A DNA stretch of 34,077 bases from Octopus bimaculoides. Lineage: Eukaryota. Shown in pieces: positions 22,801-33,667 of this stretch. The notes under the pieces were generated by a model that was given only the letters and a program-made list of their open reading frames with translations, was not told the origin of the DNA and ran no database searches. A program made the position numbers and the translations under genes. The first letter of the stretch is position 1. Each line of letters starts with the position of its first letter. The stretch covers positions 18,511,229-18,545,305 of the forward strand of contig NC_068991.1 in the NCBI RefSeq assembly GCF_001194135.2, written 5' to 3'.

Positions 22801-25391
22801 CTTTTTGATATTTGATTTTCAGTCAGAGGTTATAGGTATGTTCTCTCTGTCAATGTAGATTTTTTAAAGAAAAACAAGTCTAACTTGTTTACTCCTCGTC
22901 ATCATCGTCATCATCATCATCATCATCATCAATATCCTCATCATCATCATTGGCATCAGTGTTGATCATCATCATCATCACTACAACCACTTCCACCACC
23001 ATCATCATTGTCATCATCATCCTCATCATCATCCTCATCATCATCCTCATCATCATCATCGCTGCCACCACCATCACCACTGCTACTGCCACTGCCATCA
23101 CCACCACCATCATCATTGTCATTGTCGTGATCATCATCATTACCATTGCCACCACCACCATTGCCCTCATCGCCACCGCTGCCACCACCACCACCACTAC
23201 AACCACCTTCATCATCATCATCATCAATGTCATTATCATCATCGATGTTTCCACCATTGTTATACATCTGTTATTCCATTCTAGCATGGGCCGGGGCAGT
23301 TTTTCTTGGTAGTGCTGTTGTAAAGCCAGAGGCCCTTCCAGTCACCGACCCTTCTAATTGCCTCTTACAACATCCAGACTTGTAGTGTAGCATCTGTCTT
23401 CTTTCAGGTGCTCTGGCATACCATGGTCACAGAGTTAAGATGTATGACAACAATACGGAAACACTCAATAAAGCCTACTCCGTCATTGAAGAAGATAAAA
23501 ACATGCTTCGACAAGAAGGACTGCTGCTACAAAAGAATTTCCTGGTAATTAATACTGTTAATTGTTCATTAATGGGTTTGGCTTTTACCTTCTTTACAAA
23601 AAGGTTGTTTTTGTTTCTTTCTGTCTTTTTGTTTAATAAGTTAATTCAGAGAAGAATGGCCAGATTGTGGCCATGGCCTTTGCGAGTCCTCTCAGACAGG
23701 ACAGACTGACAATATAACTGCGCAAAAAAATATCAGAGGGACTTACATCATCTTCATCATTGTTTTATGTCTGCTTTTCATGTTAGTATCGGTTGGATTG
23801 ATTGATACAGTCTGAAATAATTCTTTTCTGGAGTTATATCCATTGTAAGTGTGTTTGGTGAACCAGTTGCACTTATATGTCTTATTTCAGTTTGGCATTT
23901 AACAGCTTGATGTCCTTCCTAATACCAACCACTTTACAGAGCTTTATAGGGTGTACTGAATGCATTTTATTGTGGCACCAGCACTAGAGAGGGTGTCATG
24001 TTTTCCACAAGACCAGACCAGCTGGTCATCTCGTTCATACTGAAAGAAGCTCACCATACATGTGTATGTGTGTGTGTGTATCTTTGTCTAAATATTATTT
24101 GGTGATTGTAAATGAGCATCATTATACAAGCAATGTTGACTGTATTGGTGAGCTGGCAGAAACGTTAGCATGCTGGGCAAAATGCTTAGCGGTATTTCAG
24201 CTGCCGTTACATTCTGAGTTCAAATTCCACTGGGGTCGACTTTGCCTTTCATCCTTTTGGGGTTGATAAATTAAGTACCAGTTGTGGTACTTGTGCCTAG
24301 AGTAAAAAAGAATGTTGATTGCATCCAGTCTTCAGGGAAAACCATGCGCTGTCCTAGAGAAATATTACTTTGTTTAGAAATTGGTGAAGGGTGGTGACAA
24401 GAAGGGCATCCAGCTGTAGAAAATCTACTTCAGCAATTTCCATAAAGCATATGAAGCAAGGGAAAGTGGATGTTAAATGATGATGATGATGATGATGATG
24501 ATAATGATGATGGTAGTGGTGATGGTGGTGGTGAGTAGTAGTAGTAGTAGTAGTAGTAAAATATAGACATCAATACTTGGAAGTTTAGTATCTAAATTCT
24601 TAATCTTTATAGTTTTGGCAACAGGGAGTGCTAAATCCAAATTCTATTACAGACGTAGCAAATCTTAGAAAAGTTTAAAGTGTGCATTAATCTAAAAGTT
24701 CTGCTGACTCTTCATATCAAAGTGATGATGATTTATTCTTTCAGGGAACAATATATTATCTTAGTGGCCTCCAAGAAACAGTCAAAGATGCAGATTTTAT
24801 ATTTGAAGCTATTGTTGATGATCTTGAGATGAAACAAAACTTATTCCAAAGTAAGTACTAGACCAGTCAACCCCTGGCCTAGGTTAGCCATTGATTTTGA
24901 TTTAAAAAATAACTTCTGAAACTTAAGGGGTGGGTGTAAAAGAGAGTAAAAGAGTAAATAGTATAGTGGACTGGCAGAATCATTAATCTATTGGACAAAA
25001 TGCTTAGCAGTGATTTTTCTTCTTTTTTATGTTTTTGGCTCAAATCCTACCAAGATGAACTTTTCCTTTCATCCTTTTGGGGTCATTGAAATAAGTACCA
25101 GTTGAGCAATAGCATCAGGGATATTAATTATTCTCTCCCATGAAAAACTGCTGGCTTTGTGCCAAAATTTGAAGCTGTTTAAAATGGCAAATTGGCTGAG
25201 TTGTTAGCATACCTGTCAAAATGTTTTGTGGTTTTTCTTCCACCTTTACATACTGAGTTCAAATTTCATTGGGGTCAACTTTATCTTTCATCCTTTCAGG
25301 GGTGATAAAATAAGTGTCAGCTGAACACTGGGGTCGATTTAACCAACTTAGCCCCTCTCCTGAAATTGCTGGACTTGTGCCAAAATTTGAA

Positions 25392-25427
<36 letters not shown>

Positions 25428-27104
25428 GAAGACATCGCGCAGTATCCAATATTGCGAGGTTGTTGATTGAAGATATTGTGTCAACCGGGGGTTTGTATTG
25501 TCTGTTAAGTCACAACAAGGATCTCAGACAGATGCAATATGCATGCAATTCCAAGTAAAGCTGATTTTTGAAATACACCAAGATTGTTGAGTATTTCTAA
25601 AGTTTCCAGATGTTTCTTCAGGTTGGGTAGTATTGAACCCAATGCTCTGATGACAACAGGGTCAACCTTTATGTTTGACTCTTGTGGCTGCCACATCTTA
25701 ACAATCTAAATTTTCAGGTCTCCATATTTATCAACCTTTTCCGCTTTCTTTTCCCTCCCCCTCTCTTTCTCTCTCTCTCTCTCTTCCCTCTTTCTCTTTA
25801 TTATTATTGTTGTTGTTGTTTTAATTTTTACTCCATATATTTCTTATAACTTAGGTGCTTCACAAATGTGCAAGAATGATGCAGTGATTGCAACAAATTC
25901 ACTCAAGTTTCATATCTCAGATATTGCCAAGAAATCTTCAAACAAAGAGGTAAGATGGCTGCAGTATATCCAAAATACCTGAGATAAATTACTACTAGAC
26001 TTCATCAAAGATTCTTGCAGACATCTTTAGATATGATTAATAGTCTTATTCACCTTCCAATAACTTGAAGGTATGCCCCAACACATTTTCCCACCATCTT
26101 CTCTCCTTCTCATCTTTCTCTCTCTGCTTTTCTCATTTCTCTCTCCTGTCTTGTCTCTTTTCCAACAGGGAGGAGCCTTTACCACCAGGTACCTGTTTCT
26201 GTCACTCTGTCATAGCTTAATGTGCCATCATGTGGCACAAAACCACCTGTTTCCAAACTGTTCCCCACTCAGTTGAGGGATCTTGTCTTGTGAATTACTT
26301 AATGACCTTGCTGGTGCCGGTGCCTTGTAAAAAGCACCCGGCACACTCTGTAAAATGGTTAACACTGGGAAGGGCATCTAACCAAAGAAGCCATGCCAAA
26401 GCAAACAGTGGAGCTTGGCACAATCCTCTGACTTACCAGTTCCTGTCAAACCATCCAACCCATGCCAACATAAGAAATGGATATTAAATGGTGGTGGTGG
26501 TGGTAGTGGTGGTGGTAGGGGTGGTGGTGGTGATGATGATCACTAAATGAACTTCCCCATACAAGTGGTGTCATTCATGTCCAATCTTCTGTGAAATGAT
26601 GTTTGACACAAGGCCAAAAATTTGACGGGTGGAGACAAGTTGACTGCATTGACTCCTGTAATTGACTGGTACTATATTTTATTGACCTTGAAAAAAATGA
26701 AAGGTGAAGTTGACCTCAGCAGGATTTGAACTCTTATAACACAGAGAGCCAAGGAAAATGCTACTAAGTATTTTCTCTGATGTGCTAATGATTCTGCCAG
26801 TTCACTGCCTTCTTTCAAATTTTGGCACAAGGCCAGCAATTTTAGGGGATAGGGGTTAGTCAATTACATTGTAATCAACTAATTGACTGGTATTTTGGTT
26901 TGCTGACCTCAAAAGAGTGAGCGGAAAAGATGACCCCAACAGAAACTGAAATGTGATGACAAAGGGCTGTTACAAATACCATGAGGTATTTTGTTCTGGC
27001 TCCTTAAGTTCAAATCCTGTTGGGGTCAACTTTGCCCTTCATCCCTCCTGAGTTGATAAAATAAAGCACTAGTCAAGAACTAACTCTGACCTTGTGCCTA
27101 ATGG

Positions 27105-27138
<34 letters not shown>

Positions 27139-29820
27139 GGTGATGGTGGTGGGGGATGGCAGTAACAATGCTCATAAGGAAAATAACAACATCAACAACA
27201 ATAATGACTTCTTTTATTTGCCTCAGGAGCATTGGGTGAAGGGAATATTACATATCTATTTATCTATCTACTTATATATCTGTGAATGTATGTGTGCGTT
27301 AATACTCAATATTTCATATATTCAATAAGACATTCAATACTTCATTTCATTTTACTATTTATATTATATTATATATTCCATATTCTATATCCCACATTAA
27401 TTTTACAAGAATATAAATAAAACATAAAAAGCAGACAGAGCTGGAACTCTTTTAAATAATATATTCCTCTATACACGATCATACAAAACCCTTTTCTTTA
27501 TATATTTTTAAATTTTAATTTTAATTTTAATTTTTATTCACACATATATATACATACACATATATNNNNNNNNNNNNNNNNNNNNNNNNNNNNNNNNNNN
27601 NNNNNNNNNNNNNNNNNNNNNNNNNNNNNNNNNNNNNNNNNNNNNNNNNNNNNNNNNNNNNNNNNNNNNNNNNNNNNNNNNNNNNNNNNNNNNNNNNNNN
27701 NNNNNNNNNNNNNNNNNNNNNNNNNNNNNNNNNNNNNNNNNNNNNNNNNNNNNNNNNNNNNNNNNNNNNNNNNNNNNNNNNNNNNNNNNNNNNNNNNNNN
27801 NNNNNNNNNNNNNNNNNNNNNNNNNNNNNNNNNNNNNNATTTCATCAATTAAAAATAATTAAAATCAGAATCTTATATACGTATAAATGAAGATAATCAT
27901 TTAATCTGATTTAAAATTAAACTCATCCAAAAGAACAACTTATATACATAACTGATGTTAGTTGGAAGACATACATTGCAATGGAATGTTGACCAGATTA
28001 ATATGTTCAGTAAATATCAACTTTTTGTTTATGTTTTCACATGTTTCTATTACTTTCTTTCACAGCAAATGATTGGTTTAAGGTTTCTATACCCTGTCTA
28101 TTATATACCTGAAGTTGAGATCACTCTGAGCCAGCAGACTTCACCTGAAACTATTGAAAAAGGTAAGGCCACAACAAGTTTCAGTCACGTTTCTAACATA
28201 GTTCTTTCTATTTTCAATAGCAGTCAATTGTTTGCTTCAAGAATGGACAAGGTATTTCATTTCTATGCTTGTCACTTAACCTGTTGGTGACGTGTTGACA
28301 ATGTAGCAATAAACACTTATTTGAAAAATAGAAAAAAAAAATTATAATCTGTGTGAATTTGTGACTATATATGTGTGGATAAAACCATATTCCCTCGTCA
28401 GTCATCATCATCATCATCATTATGACCTCCTCCCCTTCCNNNNNNNNNNNNNNNNNNNNNNNNNNNNNNNNNNNNNNNNNNNNNNNNNNNNNNNNNNNNN
28501 NNNNNNNNNNNNNNNNNNNNNNNNNNNNNNNNNNNNNNNNNNNNNNNNNNNNNNNNNNNNNNNNNNNNNNNNNNNNNNNNNNNNNNNNNNNNNNNNNNNN
28601 NNNNNNNNNNNNNNNNNNNNNNNNNNNNNNNNNNNNNNNNNNNNNNNNNNNNNNNNNNNNNNNNNNNNNNNNNNNNNNNNNNNNNNNNNNNNNNNNNNNN
28701 NNNNNNNNNNNNNNNNNNNNNNNNNNNNNNNNNNNNNNNNNNNNNNNNNNNNNNNNNNNNNNNNNNNNNNNNNNNCTTACCCCCTCGTCCACCTTACCCC
28801 CACTCCACCTCATCTCTGCTTCCACTCTCGCCTCTCTCCCTCCTGCTTTTCCTCTTCATCCCTCTTCTCTCCCTCCTCCTTATCATTTCACAAATTTACT
28901 TTCCATGTTGGCATGGGTTGGATGGGCCATCAAGTGCAAGTCAGTTCTTGTTTGGAAATACTTCTTCTTTCTTTGTACCCTTTTAAAGCCTAGCCAGGCT
29001 CATGGGCCTGGTTTCCCAGTTTCTATGGCATATGTGTCTCCCCCCCCTCCCCAGTCCATTACAGCTTTACTCAAGAAACAGGAAGAAAGAGTGAGAGAAA
29101 GTTGGGGTGAAAGAGTACAACAGGGGGTCACTACCACCCCCTGCCAGAGCCTCGTGGAGCTTTAGGTGTTTTCACTCAATGAACACACATAACACCCGGT
29201 CTGGGAATTGAAACCGTGATCCTCCGACCACAAGTCTGCTGCCCTAACCACTGGGCCATTGTGCCGTTTGGAAATACTACCCTCCTATATGTGTCAGTGA
29301 CCACATCTTGCTCATACCTTTTATTTTGGCATGGTTCTATGGCTGCTACAATTGGACGCCCCTCCTATCACTAACAATTTTACTAAGTGAACTAAGATTT
29401 ATTTTATCCTAGTATCAACATTGAAGAGGCTGTCATGTCCCGAAGACAAGGCTGAACTAAAGGGTCTTCTTAACTTTGTGTTGTCTCTACTCATTCACCA
29501 ATTGCTTTACAGAGTGTACTGCATGTGATTTATTGTGGCATCAGCCCTAGTGAGGTTATCAAGTACCAGCAAGATAAAAGGCATGTCCATTGCATGGCAC
29601 ATTGGGGAAGTGTCTTCTACAATAGCCTCGAGCCAACCAAAGTCTTGTGAGTGGATTTGGTAGATGGAAACTGAAAGAAGCTCTTCATATGTATACAGGG
29701 TGTCCACAAAGTCTGGGTACATGGAGTAAATAAAATCATAACATAAACAATTAAATATGAAAAATAATAATTTCTTAAAGTATATGTTAATCCCCGTATA
29801 CCCAGACTTTGTGGACACCC

Positions 29821-29857
<37 letters not shown>

Positions 29858-32172
29858 ATGTTTATGTGTCTGTGTTTGTCACCCCACCATTGCTTGACAA
29901 CCAATGCTGGTGTGTTTATGCCCCCGTAACTTAGCTGTTCAGCAAAACAGACGGATAGAATAAGTACCAGGCTCACAAAGAATAAGTCCTGGGGTTGATT
30001 TGTTCGACTAAAGGCGGTGCTCCAGCATGGCCACAGTAAAATGACTGAAACAAATAAAAGAATAAAAGAATATAAGGCATGTGGCTCAGTGGTTAAGCTG
30101 CTGTACTCATGATTGTTAGCTCATGGGTTTGACCAGGTGGTGCATTCTGTTCTTGAGCAAGACACTTCATTTCACACTGCTCCAGCCTCCCTTGCAATCT
30201 GTGGGGAATGTTGGCCTACTTGCCTAGCCTGCAGAGTGGCATCATTCGAAGGCTAAAATGATACAAAGCGCATTGTGAACAGGGATGTGTAACAGCATCT
30301 TATAGTCAGGTTGGTCACATGGTCGTGTGATATACATGTATATGTGTACGCGTTTGTGGCCATCTACCTTTTGTCTTGACATCATGTGATGGTTGTAAAC
30401 AAAACATCACTGTCATGCAGATGAGGTTCATTCATAATTTTCAATGTAACCGTTTTGGTCATCTGGAGTTGATAAAATAAGCAACAGTCAAGTATTGGGA
30501 TCAATAGTATCGATTAGGCACCTCCTCTCAAAGCACCTGGCTGTAGTGGCTGTAGGAAAATATTACCTTACTTGGAAACAGTTGAGGGTTGGTAACTGGA
30601 AGGGCATCTGGTTGTAGAATATCTGCTTGAACAAACTCTGCCTGTCCCATGTAAGCATAGAAAATTGAGCATTAAATCAATGATGATGATAATGATGACA
30701 CACACTCACACACAATATGTGTATATATGTATATATATATATAAACAAAAGTAAATGAGTATATGCATATATACGTACAGGTATGTGCATACCGACATCC
30801 ACCTGTATGTATAGGTGCATATCTGGGTACAGGACATTGCAAACAAACGTAGACGAGAACACACGAGCCACATTANNNNNNNNNNNNNNNNNNNNNNNNN
30901 NNNNNNNNNNNNNNNNNNNNNNNNNNNNNNNNNNNNNNNNNNNNNNNNNNNNNNNNNNNNNNNNNNNNNNNNNNNNNNNNNNNNNNNNNNNNNNNNNNNN
31001 NNNNNNNNNNNNNNNNNNNNNNNNNNNNNNNNNNNNNNNNNNNNNNNNNNNNNNNNNNNNNNNNNNNNNNNNNNNNNNNNNNNNNNNNNNNNNNNNNNNN
31101 NNNNNNNNNNNNNNNNNNNNNNNNNNNNNNNNNNNNNNNNNNNNNNNNNNNNNNNNNNNNNNNNNNNNNNNNNNNNNNNNNNNNNNNNNNNNNNNNNNNN
31201 NNNNNNNNNNNNNNNNNNNNNNNNNNNNNNNNNNNNNNNNNNNNNNNNNNNNNNNNNNNNNNNNNNNNNNNNNNNNNNNNNNNNNNNNNNNNNNNNNNNN
31301 NNNNNNNNNNNNNNNNNNNNNNNNNNNNNNNNNNNNNNNNNNNNNNNNNNNNNNNNNNNNNNNNNNNNNNNNNNNNNNNNNNNNNNNNNNNNNNNNNNNN
31401 NNNNNNNNNNNNNNNNNNNNNNNNNNNNNNNNNNNNNNNNNNNNNNNNNNNNNNNNNNNNNNNNNNNNNNNNNNNNNNNNNNNNNNNNNNNNNNNNNNNN
31501 NNNNNNNNNNNNNNNNNNNNNNNNNNNNNNNNNNNNNNNNNNNNNNNNNNNNNNNNNNNNNNNNNNNNNNNNNNNNNNNNNNNNNNNNNNNNNNNNNNNN
31601 NNNNNNNNNNNNNNNNNNNNNNNNNNNNNNNNNNNNNNNNNNNNNNNNNNNNNNNNNNNNNNNNNNNNNNNNNNNNNNNNNNNNNNNNNNNNNNNNNNNN
31701 NNNNNNNNNNNNNNNNNNNNNNNNNNNNNNNNNNNNNNNNNNNNNNNNNNNNNNNNNNNNNNNNNNNNNNNNNNNNNNNNNNNNGTGTATATATGTATAT
31801 ATATATATAAACAAAAGTAAATGAGTATATGCATATATACGTACAGGTATGTGCATACCGACATCCACCTGTATGTATAGGTGCATATCTGGGTACAGGA
31901 CATTGCAAACAAACGTAGACGAGAACACACGAGCCACATTATACACACACACACACACTCATATTTTTCTATTGCCATGATAGATCGCTGACCACTACAT
32001 TTATTTTTTTTCTTCTCCTTGTTTCTCTCCTTATTTCTTTCTATGTTCCTTTCAGTTGAAGAGTGTAGGCTTGAAACGTCAAAGACTTTCTCTATTCCCT
32101 AGCGTTATACTAATACATCCATTTGTTGTTTACACTACCTGTGTTTGTCTGTTGTTTTTTTTGTAAATTCTC

Positions 32173-32213
<41 letters not shown>

Positions 32214-32244
32214 AATACACCCATATATATACATATATATGCAC

Positions 32245-32285
<41 letters not shown>

Positions 32286-33066
32286 CACATATACACTCAT
32301 ATATGCATACATACACACACATATATATATATATATACATATATAAAACGTATATAATGCTTATAACAAGTTATGTTTTCTTTGTATTTGACAGGAAGAA
32401 AGTTCTTGGAGAAAATGGGGAAGACATTATTCTTCAGATCTGGCACTGAACCATTGATTCTTAAGGAAGAGGAAAAAGATATGAGAAAACAACGTAATTT
32501 ATTATTTCAACATTCAAAACTATTGGCTGATTGCCTGATGTGTTAATGTTTTAGATGTAATGCCTTTTATGGCATTTAGATTTACATATTTCTTACATTT
32601 GAGTTCATTAAGTTCAAAATCAACTGGTTCTGTGATTGTGTTTCCTCAACTTGGGTGGCAGGGTGATTAAATATGTACTGATAGACTACTAAGGTCAAAG
32701 AAGTCTTAAAATGCTGAACCTTATGAAGTACATGACAAGACCGAGGTATGTGGTGCATTGCTGTACTTGAAAAGACATGCCTACCACAATAGAATTGAAA
32801 TCCTAAAACCAGGGTACCACATAAAACGCATTGGTGTGGGTACAAGTGGTGCCACATGAAAAAGCACCTATTACATTCTGTGGAGTGGTTGGTGTTCAGA
32901 AGGGCATCCAGCTGTAGAGACCAAGCCAAAACAGACTATGGAACCTGGTGTGACCTCTGGCCATACCAGTTCCTGTTAAGCCATCCAAACCATGCCAGCA
33001 TGGAAAATGGATTTTAAATGATGATGATGATGATGATGATGTTAATATGTGGAAAATGGATTTTAA

Positions 33067-33129
<63 letters not shown>

Positions 33130-33622
33130 TTAATATGTTAGAAATTGTCATCATCATCATCTTCATTGCCATTATCCTTGTTATTATTTTTCAGCTTTAC
33201 GTTCTGAGTTCAAATGTTACTGAGGTCAATCTTGCCTTTTATCCGTTCAGGGTCAATAAATTAAAATACTAGTCTAGTAGTGGCAGGGGTCAGTCTAATT
33301 GACTAACATCCTTCTCTCAAAACTACTGGTCTTGTGCATAAAATAAAAACTGGTATCATAGCAGAATTGTTAGCATGTCTGACAAAACTGCTTAGCGGCA
33401 TTTCTTATTATTAAGGCGGTGAGCTGGCAGAATCATTAGCACGCCAGGTGAAATGCTTAGCGGTATTTCGTCTGTTACATTTTGAGTTCAAATTCCACCG
33501 AGGTTGACTTTGTCTTTCATCCTTTTGGGGGTCGATAAATAAAGTACCAGTTGCGTATTGGGGATGATCTAATTTCGGCCCGCTCCCCCCAAATTTCCAG
33601 CCTTGTGCCTATAGTAGAAAGG

Positions 33623-33667
<45 letters not shown>

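Noticed and set aside
27955-28290. 111-aa ORF as a standalone gene
   Set aside because: It is exon 5 of the spliced gene plus read-through intron
30719-31941. 157-bp direct repeat (30719-30875 and 31785-31941)
   Set aside because: Identical copies sit on either side of a 909-N gap, typical of overlapping contig ends (assembly artefact)
1526-33272. Most ORF-track entries (poly-M/V/D/H/T, YI-, CV-, HT-repeat peptides and X-runs)
   Set aside because: They are translations of microsatellites or N gaps, with no domain content or splice context
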